Assembly (NCBI GenBank): GCA_038208955.1
Contig: JBBQYF010000001.1
Location: 1 to 48,066, forward strand
Direction of reading: 5' to 3'
Length of the DNA stretch: 48,066 nt
DNA from: Elusimicrobiota bacterium
Lineage (GTDB): Bacteria; Elusimicrobiota; Elusimicrobia; 2-01-FULL-59-12
Position 1 is the stretch's first letter, and every line of letters starts with the position of its first letter. The notes below the pieces were generated by a model that was not told where the DNA came from, searched no databases, and saw only the letters and a program-made list of their open reading frames with translations. The position numbers were made by a program, and so were the translations under genes. This document shows, piece by piece, positions 24,514-32,157 of the stretch.

Positions 24514-24916
24514 GGAATCGATCGCCTGGCGTGAGGCCTGGATCGCCTTGCTGCTGGCTGTTAATTTTCTTTTCTTGATTCCCAACACGCGCCTCGCCTG
24601 GCGTATTTTGAAGTTCACCTATCCGCTGACCACTGACGAACGACGCCGACTGATCATGCCGGCGGCCTGGCGCAGCTTTCACGAGGTGGAATTAAAAGTT
24701 CCCGCACGAGCCACTCTTTGGTTTGTTTCGCCGCTTGAGCCCAAAGACTGGATTTATTTTTTGTATCCACGCCTGATTGGCAAAGGATCGCCGCGCGCGC
24801 AGGACCTGATGAAAATTCGCCAAGCGCATCCCAATGATTGGACAATCGCGAACCACTCCGCCGATCCCGCACAAGATTTTTTGGATCTGTGGCCGCCGCT
24901 CGACATTCAAAGATGA
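24476..24916 (+). CDS. Hypothetical protein with one N-terminal TM segment
   Basis: The ORF overlaps the preceding gene's end. The stop forms an ATGA with the next start. No family recognised. Confidence 0.4.
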   Translation: MRVGNILRKRLLKESIAWREAWIALLLAVNFLFLIPNTRLAWRILKFTYPLTTDERRRLIMPAAWRSFHEVELKVPARATLWFVSPLEPKDWIYFLYPRLIGKGSPRAQDLMKIRQAHPNDWTIANHSADPAQDFLDLWPPLDIQR

Positions 24917-25326
24917 CCGCCTTTCTTCTCGAGAGCGGTTTATGTCTGGCCATTGCGGCCGCCTCTATCGTTTGTCGGCCGGCGTCCTCCGTCCAAAGAG
25001 ATGACGAATTCAGCGGAGGGCTAGCGCTTGCTTTCGCCGAAGGATCGGTGATGTGGGCTTACGGTTTTTTCCTGTTGATGTTTGTGGGCGGTTTGCTTTC
25101 CCGGCCGATTATTTTTTCCGTCGCCGCGGTGCTTATCACGCTTTCCGCTTTTCGCTGGCACCGATCGGCGACTTCCCACGTGCAAGTTCGCGGGTCAATA
25201 GGGCCCGTAAGGTTGTGTGTCCTCGTCATTGGCTGGGCCCTGGGAACGGCGGCTGTTCAAGCCGTGAGCTTACCGCTTTACCATTTCGATGCCATCGCGC
25301 ACTTTGGCTTTTTTGCCAAGTGGTGA
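24913..25326 (+). CDS. Hypothetical membrane protein (possibly the truncated 5' part of a larger gene)
   Basis: ATGA coupling with the previous ORF. 4 hydrophobic segments. It ends ...YHFDAIAHFGFFAKW just after a T6 run. Confidence 0.45.
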   Translation: MTAFLLESGLCLAIAAASIVCRPASSVQRDDEFSGGLALAFAEGSVMWAYGFFLLMFVGGLLSRPIIFSVAAVLITLSAFRWHRSATSHVQVRGSIGPVRLCVLVIGWALGTAAVQAVSLPLYHFDAIAHFGFFAKW

Positions 25327-25873
25327 CATTAACGCGTTTAGTTTAACGCTTTATTTTTGGGCCCTGGGTGTCACGCAATTATCGCTTCACTCGATTTCCG
25401 TTGGACGCCCTCGAGCGAAACGGGTTTCGCTGGCCATCACCATTGTTTTCTTGTCCGGTCTTGTTGCCGGTCAGGGGTGGCCGGTTTTTCAACATGGATT
25501 AAAGAGGTTGTTGGGCATTCTGCCGGAAAATCCTCAGCAGATCGCTTTCAATTTTGCCCGGCAGCATCCCGGAGAAGCCTATTTTCCTTGGAATCCATTG
25601 TCGACTTTGATGGCCGAGAAAAAGCTTTATCATTTCGAGCCGGCGCTCGGGGATTGGGCGATGGCGGGGTACCCCATTAATCAGACCCGCTACGCCGGCT
25701 ATGTTCCAAACGGGATGCGCTACGTCGCCTACGCACCCAACAATGAATTTCCGCATCTCATCACTGAGCATTATCTCCCCGCATTTTCGCAACGGGTGAG
25801 CGTCCCCGATCTTCCGGGATGGCTGGTCTATGCGCGGCCCATTGTCGCCACCCCGCTGAAACGAGCGCGATGA
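25289..25873 (+). CDS. Hypothetical protein (possibly the 3' continuation of the previous ORF after a frameshift)
   Basis: It overlaps 24913..25326 by 38 nt in another frame. The stop forms an ATGA with the next gene. Confidence 0.4.
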   Translation: MPSRTLAFLPSGDINAFSLTLYFWALGVTQLSLHSISVGRPRAKRVSLAITIVFLSGLVAGQGWPVFQHGLKRLLGILPENPQQIAFNFARQHPGEAYFPWNPLSTLMAEKKLYHFEPALGDWAMAGYPINQTRYAGYVPNGMRYVAYAPNNEFPHLITEHYLPAFSQRVSVPDLPGWLVYARPIVATPLKRAR

Positions 25874-26643
25874 GAAGCTTGAACGCGCGTATCCGCTTCT
25901 TGTGCTTGGTGATGCTTCCACTGACGGTGCGCAGCGCGGAACTCGGTTCTGACGACAAATTGGGAGCCGTCCAGGGCATCGTCAAATTTCCCGGGGAAAC
26001 GCCACCGCCGGCGATGTATGCCAACCGGGATGATGCCGCTTGTCCCCGCGGGATCGGGGAGAACCATCTTGTTGTTAAACAAACGACTCTGGGTTTGCGA
26101 AATGCCTTGATTATTCTCGAGGGTTCGCAGGCGCGCGCCGCGCCGGTGGGTCGCGCCACTCTTGAAAGCCGCGACTGTACGTTGGCTCCCCGGCTGCAGT
26201 CGGTCACGACGGGAACAAGCTTGCAACTGCGGAGCGTCGGCATGGCGCGGCACCACTTGCATGTTTTTCGAGACGGTCAAAGGGTATTCGAAGCCGATCT
26301 TCCCGTCGACGGCACCGCCTTGCGCCGACCGCTCGTGGACCCCGGACTCTACAAAGTGAACTGCGACCGCCATCTCTGGGAACGCGCCTGGATTTATGTC
26401 ACCGCCGGCGAGCCGGTCGCACTGTCGGATGCCGAAGGGAAATTCTCGATGCATGGCATTGCACCGGGGCGTTATCACTTGCGAGCTTGGCATGAAGGAT
26501 GGCTGGACCGGGATCCCGATGCCTCCGGCCGTCCGGAATACCGCCCCGAAACTCAGCGACTGGACGTCAAAATCTCTGCCGGACGAACGACGCCCGTAAC
26601 GATCGACCATCTCGAGCCGGCCCCCGACGGGGGCCTCCGCTAG
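25870..26643 (+). CDS. Secreted cupredoxin-like plus carboxypeptidase-regulatory-like domain protein
   Basis: Signal peptide MRSLNARIRFLCLVMLPLTVRSA. YKVNCDRHLWERAWIYV (C-x2-H) preceded by HHLH. The C-terminal SDAEGKFSMHGIAPGRYHLRAWHEG resembles the CarboxypepD_reg fold. Confidence 0.6.
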   Translation: MRSLNARIRFLCLVMLPLTVRSAELGSDDKLGAVQGIVKFPGETPPPAMYANRDDAACPRGIGENHLVVKQTTLGLRNALIILEGSQARAAPVGRATLESRDCTLAPRLQSVTTGTSLQLRSVGMARHHLHVFRDGQRVFEADLPVDGTALRRPLVDPGLYKVNCDRHLWERAWIYVTAGEPVALSDAEGKFSMHGIAPGRYHLRAWHEGWLDRDPDASGRPEYRPETQRLDVKISAGRTTPVTIDHLEPAPDGGLR

Positions 26644-26691
26644 CCTTCGCCTGCCTGCTTGGTTTACAATGAACCTAGCTTGAACCCATCG

Positions 26692-27516
26692 ATGCATAAA
26701 CCTTTAAAATTCTTTGCCGCCTTTGTCGCCTTGCTGGCCTTCCTGCTTGTTATTGCGGGGGGACTCGTCACCAGTACGGCTTCGGCGCTGGCGATGCGCG
26801 GATGGCCGTTCTCATTTGCACAGGTTTTCCCGCGCGTTCCGGGAGGCGCATTTTACGCGCAGGCGCATCAATTTTTGGCGTCGGCGACAGGGGTTCTGAC
26901 GATCGTTCTGGCCATCTGGCTCACAAGCTCGAAAGCCATTGCTCCGGTCAAACGCGCTGCCTGGGTTGCCGTGGGGATCGTCATTCTGCAGGCGGTGCTC
27001 GGGATGATTGCCGTTTTCCTGCGCTTACCGACGGTGATGTCGGTTGCCCACGGCTGTCTCGGGCAAATTTATTTTTCCTGGATGGCCTGCCTCGCGGTGT
27101 TCACAGCAATACCCGAAGCCTTAGCGCGGCGCTCGCCCCCGGCGGACCGGGACGCACGGCTCATTCGCCTCTCGGCAATGACCACGGGGTTTATTTTCCT
27201 GCAGCTGCTGGCCGGCGCGATTTATCGCCACACCGGAAACGCCTTGCACCTGCATTTTTTGGGTGCGCTCTTGGTCTTGATTCACATCGTTCTCACCTGT
27301 CGGCGAGTTTACACCGGACATTCGGACGATGGATTACTGGTTTATCCGGCCACGGCGATGCTCAGCCTGCTCGGATTTCAACTTGTTCTGGGTTGGTTTG
27401 CCTGGCGCGAACCGAGTATCGCCGCCACGACCACGCATTTGGCTAACGGCGCGCTGATTCTAGCCTCCTCGCTGCTGGTCACGATTCAGCTCGCCTGTCG
27501 CCCGGCGGTCGTATGA
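26692..27516 (+). CDS. ctaA: Heme A synthase (COX15/CtaA family)
   Basis: 8 hydrophobic segments. IAGGLVTST near the N-terminus. Conserved His contexts AQAHQF and YRHTG...LHLHF. 4-nt overlap with ctaB. Confidence 0.85.
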   Translation: MHKPLKFFAAFVALLAFLLVIAGGLVTSTASALAMRGWPFSFAQVFPRVPGGAFYAQAHQFLASATGVLTIVLAIWLTSSKAIAPVKRAAWVAVGIVILQAVLGMIAVFLRLPTVMSVAHGCLGQIYFSWMACLAVFTAIPEALARRSPPADRDARLIRLSAMTTGFIFLQLLAGAIYRHTGNALHLHFLGALLVLIHIVLTCRRVYTGHSDDGLLVYPATAMLSLLGFQLVLGWFAWREPSIAATTTHLANGALILASSLLVTIQLACRPAVV

Positions 27517-28373
27517 AAGCTCTCGGGTCCTATTTCGAGCTGACGAAACCGCGTCTCACCTCGCTGGTCATGGTCACAACATGGCTGGGGTTCGCGATGG
27601 CGTCGCATCCGATGCATTACGGGGTGCGCTTCATTCACGCGATGCTCGGCGGGTGGCTCGTCGCCAGTGGAGCGGCGGCGATCAACCAATACATGGAACG
27701 GGAACGTGACGGCCAAATGCGGCGTACCAAACGCCGTCCTTTGCCGGAGGGCCGCGTTTCGCCGACGGCCGCGCTCTTGTTTGGCCTAGGGCTTTGCCTG
27801 ATCGGTGCACTCGAACTCTTTTTTTTCGTTAACGTCCTCACGAGCCTCTTGGCTTTGATCTCGCTAGGCACCTACGTGCTGCTCTACACACCGCTTAAGA
27901 CCCGCTCGTCCCTCTGCACGATTGTCGGTGCGGTGCCGGGAGCGATTCCGCCGATGATGGGTTGGACAGCGGCGACCGGCAGTTTAGGCGACGGCGCATG
28001 GGCGCTTTTTGCGATTTTGTTTCTATGGCAATTGCCGCATTTTCTGGCGATTGCCTGGATGTATCGCGAGGATTATGCCCAAGCCGGCTTTCCAATGTTG
28101 CCGGTCGTCGATCCGGAAGGCGGCAGCACGGCGCGGCTTATCCTTTTATATTCGGGTATTTTAATTCCTGTGAGTTTGATTCCAATCCGCATGGGCGTAG
28201 CCACGGCCAATTATCTCTACGGCGCGGTTATTCTGGGAGCAGGATTCATGCTCTTCGGCGCGTTCGTCGCCTTCCGACGCACGGTACCCCAAGCGAGACG
28301 CTTGCTCCTCGCATCGGTGATTTACCTGCCGATGTTGCTGGCCTGGATGGTTTGGAATAAAAGCCCGTCGTAG
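27513..28373 (+). CDS. ctaB: Protoheme IX farnesyltransferase (heme O synthase)
   Basis: UbiA-family motifs NQYMERERDGQMRRTKRRPLP and LWQLPHFLAIAWMYREDY. Confidence 0.93.
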   Translation: MKALGSYFELTKPRLTSLVMVTTWLGFAMASHPMHYGVRFIHAMLGGWLVASGAAAINQYMERERDGQMRRTKRRPLPEGRVSPTAALLFGLGLCLIGALELFFFVNVLTSLLALISLGTYVLLYTPLKTRSSLCTIVGAVPGAIPPMMGWTAATGSLGDGAWALFAILFLWQLPHFLAIAWMYREDYAQAGFPMLPVVDPEGGSTARLILLYSGILIPVSLIPIRMGVATANYLYGAVILGAGFMLFGAFVAFRRTVPQARRLLLASVIYLPMLLAWMVWNKSPS

Positions 28374-28445
28374 AAGACCGGCGGCACACTGGCGATAGAG
28401 CACAGCGGATCGCAATCCGACCATGAATAGGAAATTCTTTTAACA

Positions 28446-29396
28446 ATGGACGCGTTAGTTGTTGATCACCTGTCGCACACCTATCCCGCCAGGCGTCCTT
28501 CGAAGGAAGCTCGGCAGGCGCTACGCGATATCAGTTTTACCGTTAGTGTGGGTGAGCTCTTCGGACTGCTCGGTCCCAACGGCGGCGGCAAAAGTACCAC
28601 GTTTCATATTCTTTCGACTTTTTTCCCGCCAAGCGGCGGACGAGCCACGATTTTTGGGCAAGATGTCGCGCGAGAACCTGGGAAAGTTCGAGAACGACTC
28701 GGAGTGGTGTTTCAAAATCCGAGTCTTGATAAACAACTCACCGTCGGCGAAAACTTAATGCATCAGGGACATCTTTATGGCCTCGCGGGGGATGTGCTGT
28801 CCGCGCGCATCCGTGACGTGTTGCAGCGCGTGTCGCTTAGCGAACGCCGACATGATTTGGTTGACGTGTTATCGGGCGGACTGCGCCGGCGGGCGGAACT
28901 GGCGAAGGGCCTGCTGCACCAGCCCAGCATTTTATTGCTGGATGAGCCAACGACCGGTCTCGATCCTGGCGCGCGCGTTGACTTATGGGATTACCTGGCC
29001 GAACTTAAAAAGAACGGGATGACGATCGTCGTGACGACCCATCTCATGGAAGAAGCCGAACGTTGCGATCGGGTCGCGATATTACACGAGGGGCGCTTGG
29101 TTGCGCTGGGAACCCCGGCGGAATTAAAAAGCCAGATCGGCGGAGATGTCATTTCGCTGACGACTCCTCATCCCCAAGAACTCAAAGAGAAAATCGAAAC
29201 GCACTTCGGCGGTTCTGTCACCCGAGTGGATCAGGTCTTGCGCATCGAGCGAGCTCGAGGCCATGAATTTATACCGCAGCTGGTGGCCGCCTTTCCCGAC
29301 GATATTTCGTCTGTTACTCTCGGCCGCCCCACGCTCGAAGATGTCTTTATCAAACAGACCGGGCACCGGTTTTGGGCCGAACGAGAAGTGCCGTGA
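28446..29396 (+). CDS. ABC transporter ATP-binding protein (ABC-2/DrrA-like)
   Basis: Walker A GPNGGGKST, signature LSGGLRRR, Walker B LLLDEPTTGLD, H-loop TTHLMEEA. Confidence 0.9.
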   Translation: MDALVVDHLSHTYPARRPSKEARQALRDISFTVSVGELFGLLGPNGGGKSTTFHILSTFFPPSGGRATIFGQDVAREPGKVRERLGVVFQNPSLDKQLTVGENLMHQGHLYGLAGDVLSARIRDVLQRVSLSERRHDLVDVLSGGLRRRAELAKGLLHQPSILLLDEPTTGLDPGARVDLWDYLAELKKNGMTIVVTTHLMEEAERCDRVAILHEGRLVALGTPAELKSQIGGDVISLTTPHPQELKEKIETHFGGSVTRVDQVLRIERARGHEFIPQLVAAFPDDISSVTLGRPTLEDVFIKQTGHRFWAEREVP

Positions 29397-30187
29397 AGCG
29401 GTTTTTATTGGCTTCGGGGACACTTTGGCAGCGCGAGCTCGTTCGATTCTTTCGGCAGCGCAGCCGGGTTGTCGGGGCCCTGGGGCCGCCGATTCTATTT
29501 TGGTTTTTGATTGGCTCGGGACTGGGCGCGTCATTTCACGCCGCCGGGGTCGTGCCGATCGCCGGCCCCGCAGGAGCGAATTATCTGCAGTACTTTTTCC
29601 CAGGAACGATCACCTTGATTGTTCTCTTTACGGCGATATTCTCGACGATTTCGATTATCGAAGATCGCCACGAAGGATTTCTGCAGTCCGTGTTGGTCGC
29701 TCCCGTGTCACGAATGGCACTCGTCCTCGGTAAAATCATCGGTGGAACGACGCTCGCCTTTGGGCAGGCGCTCCTGTTTTTGTGCTTCGCCCCGCTGGTT
29801 GGATTGCACATGCATCTATTCGGGCTCTTGTATGTTCTGGCCATGCTCCTGATCGTTTCCTTCGGGTTGACGGGGCTCGGGTTTTTGCTCGCCTGGCGTC
29901 TCGACTCGACCCAAGGCTTCCACGCGATCATGAATTTGTTTCTCATCCCGATGTGGCTTTTGTCCGGAGCCCTCTTTCCGCTGGCCGGAGCGCCCTCTTG
30001 GCTCCGATGGGTCATGCGGCTTAATCCGCTGACTTACAGCGTTTCAGCCATGCAACGCGCTTTTCTCGTGCAGGGACATTTTTTGGCACCGGGGGTGGCC
30101 TCGCCGCTCGCTTGTCTCGCAATTGCCACGGCGTTTAGCGGTCTGATGGTTTTCTTGTCGGTGGCCAGCGTAAAAGCCCGATCGTGA
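29393..30187 (+). CDS. ABC-2 type transporter permease
   Basis: GTGA overlap with the ATPase gene. 6 hydrophobic segments. Typical ABC-2 N-terminus LWQRELVRFFRQ. Confidence 0.85.
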   Translation: MKRFLLASGTLWQRELVRFFRQRSRVVGALGPPILFWFLIGSGLGASFHAAGVVPIAGPAGANYLQYFFPGTITLIVLFTAIFSTISIIEDRHEGFLQSVLVAPVSRMALVLGKIIGGTTLAFGQALLFLCFAPLVGLHMHLFGLLYVLAMLLIVSFGLTGLGFLLAWRLDSTQGFHAIMNLFLIPMWLLSGALFPLAGAPSWLRWVMRLNPLTYSVSAMQRAFLVQGHFLAPGVASPLACLAIATAFSGLMVFLSVASVKARS

Positions 30188-30591
30188 TGACCAATCACCT
30201 GCCCGCTTTAAATGCTTTGCTAAATTTACTGAGCGCGATTTTTTTAACGCTTGGATTTTTTCTGATCCGGCGCAAGAACGTCCATGGCCACCGGTTAGCC
30301 ATGACATCGGCCTTTACCACGTCGACTCTGTTTCTGATCGGTTATATTACTTATCACGTTCTCTACGGCGTAGTACGTTATCAAGGCATAGGCTGGCGAC
30401 GGCCGGCTTACCTAACCCTTCTGACGACTCATACGATTTTGGCGATCGTCATTTTGCCGATGGTTCTGCGCACGCTCTACCTGGCCTTATCGAAACGCTT
30501 TCACGAGCACCGCCGCCTCGCCCGCTGGACGCTGCCGTTGTGGTTTTACGTTTCTGTGACGGGTGTCATTATTTACGAAATATTGTATTGA
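30184..30591 (+). CDS. DUF420 (CtaM-like) membrane protein
   Basis: LPALNALLNLLSAIFLTLGFFLIRRKNVHGHRLAMTSAF and TILLTTHTILA are characteristic of DUF420. 4-nt overlap with the permease gene. Confidence 0.8.
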   Translation: MMTNHLPALNALLNLLSAIFLTLGFFLIRRKNVHGHRLAMTSAFTTSTLFLIGYITYHVLYGVVRYQGIGWRRPAYLTLLTTHTILAIVILPMVLRTLYLALSKRFHEHRRLARWTLPLWFYVSVTGVIIYEILY

Positions 30592-30597
30592 CTGAGT

Positions 30598-30906
30598 TTA
30601 TGCGGCGGCTTGCAGGGGAATGTCGGGGATCGCAGCGTCGGCGGTTTGAATTAATTTGATCAATTCGGCTTCGGCCTGGCGGATTTGAACGAGCGAGGGC
30701 AGCCCGGCATGGTCCATTTCGTCTTGGAGAAAAGCCATGGCGGCCGGACTGAGTGACTCCGAAAGAAGCGCGAGAAAAATCCGCCCGGCCGAACGCGGAT
30801 AGGCGGCCAAGAGACGGATCAAGACATGCGACGAGGTTTGAGGCAACACGCGTCGCAGCGTCGCCGGCGGCAAATCAATAATGTCGTACATGCAATTGGT
30901 TGGCAT
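30598..30906 (-). CDS. Standalone FliG C-terminal-like domain protein (102 aa)
   Basis: IIDLPPATLRRVLPQTSSHVLIRLLAAYP...LSPAAMAFLQDEMDHAGLPSLVQIRQAEAELI parallels the FliG_C pattern (F.DL..LDDR.IQ.VL..V....LA.ALK.....NMSQRAA..LRDDL...GPVRLS.VE.AQ..I). Confidence 0.55.
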   Translation of the reverse strand: MPTNCMYDIIDLPPATLRRVLPQTSSHVLIRLLAAYPRSAGRIFLALLSESLSPAAMAFLQDEMDHAGLPSLVQIRQAEAELIKLIQTADAAIPDIPLQAAA

Positions 30907-31052
30907 GGCCCCTCCCTCGCCAAGAGTCTGTCCCCAAGCCGGCCCGTGGTCAATGAAAAAGCGATTGCGCAGGCAACTCTTTACATAGAAGTAAGAAGGA
31001 TTTGACCGCTTTTCGAGGCTTCATTTCAATACGTTTTGCTACGATAAAAAAC

Positions 31053-31742
31053 ATGGCGCGAAAATTGATTCTCTTTGATCTCGACTGGACCCTCATCTAT
31101 ACGGGTGGGGCGGGCCTCCGCGCGCTGAATTATGCCTTTGAGCAACAATTCCAAATTCCCGAAGCGATGAAGTCCGTGAATCCGGATGGCAAAACAGACC
31201 CGGCCATTTGTCGGGAAATGATTCGCGTGCATTTTGAACGGGAACCGAATGCCGAAGAGATTAAAACGCTCTGCCGGGGATACCTCGACCGCCTGAAAGT
31301 CGAAGTGCCAAACGCCACCGGCTACCGGATCCTGCCGGGAATACCCGGTCTATTGAAAGCACTGGAACAACAACCGGACGTCTTGATGGGTCTCGGGACA
31401 GGGAATTTGCAAGAAGGCGCGGGCATTAAACTTTCGCGCGCCGACCTCGGCCGTTACTTCAAATTTGGCGGGTTTGGATCCGATGCCGAAGAGCGCCCTC
31501 AAGTATTGCGGGTGGGCGTGCAACGCGGCACGACCCTGGGCGGTCATGCGTTTGCACCCCGAGATGTCATTGTCGTCGGCGATAATATTCGTGACGTGCA
31601 GGCGGGCCAGGCGATCGGCGCGACGACGGTGGCGGTGGCGAGCGGCCCGATGAGCTATGAGGAACTGGGAAAAACCTCGCCGGACGAGCTGTTTCAAGAT
31701 TTATCCGACACGGAGCGGGTGCTGAAAACGTTGTTGGCTTAA
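31053..31742 (+). CDS. HAD-superfamily hydrolase (phosphoglycolate phosphatase-like)
   Basis: Motif I LILFDLDWTL, motif II GLGTGN, motif III/IV KF...VVGDNIRD. Confidence 0.8.
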   Translation: MARKLILFDLDWTLIYTGGAGLRALNYAFEQQFQIPEAMKSVNPDGKTDPAICREMIRVHFEREPNAEEIKTLCRGYLDRLKVEVPNATGYRILPGIPGLLKALEQQPDVLMGLGTGNLQEGAGIKLSRADLGRYFKFGGFGSDAEERPQVLRVGVQRGTTLGGHAFAPRDVIVVGDNIRDVQAGQAIGATTVAVASGPMSYEELGKTSPDELFQDLSDTERVLKTLLA

Positions 31743-31765
31743 AATCGCCGGGGAGCCTAACTCAA

Positions 31766-32119
31766 ATGTTCGTACGTTTCGAAGAAAATCCGAATTGCGG
31801 ATTCGTCGATGACCGCGTCTGGACCGAGCGTTCCGCGCCGCTTCCCGTGAGTCATGTGCTGCGTCTCCGCGAGGGTCGGGAGGTCTGGTGTCCCCTCGTG
31901 GGTTTGGACGAAAAGGCCGGAACGCAACCCGCACTCGCGCGTAAAGTTGAGGATTCGGGCGAAGGCATGTGCTATCTCGTGACGGGAGGGCTCTGGGGTT
32001 TACGTTTGAAGGACCCGATCTGCGAGGATCCCTGGTCACTTGACGATTCCCATCAATGGGGAGAAGGATTTTTGCTCCTCCCCGCCGACGGCGGGGATCT
32101 AAAATTTGTAAGCTCTTGA
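31766..32119 (+). CDS. Hypothetical protein (117 aa)
   Basis: An ORF fills the gap between the HAD gene and the ABC operon. No motif recognised. Confidence 0.4.
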   Translation: MFVRFEENPNCGFVDDRVWTERSAPLPVSHVLRLREGREVWCPLVGLDEKAGTQPALARKVEDSGEGMCYLVTGGLWGLRLKDPICEDPWSLDDSHQWGEGFLLLPADGGDLKFVSS

Positions 32120-32145
32120 CAAGAAAAATGGGTTTTCGCTATTAA
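32116..32145 (+). promoter_or_regulatory. Sigma-70-like promoter candidate (TTGACA-N18-TATTAA) just upstream of the ABC operon
   Basis: Perfect -35 TTGACA at 32116-32121 and -10 TATTAA at 32140-32145. The ATG at 32158 is only 12 nt downstream, with no Shine-Dalgarno. Confidence 0.4.
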
Positions 32146-32157
32146 TATGGTTGTCCT

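Noticed and set aside
25828-26697. 289-aa minus-strand ORF in the track.
   Set aside because: It lies entirely antisense to the cupredoxin-like gene, which has a signal peptide, recognisable domains and operon coupling. It is a typical GC-rich shadow ORF with an Arg/Gly/Ala-rich, motif-less translation.
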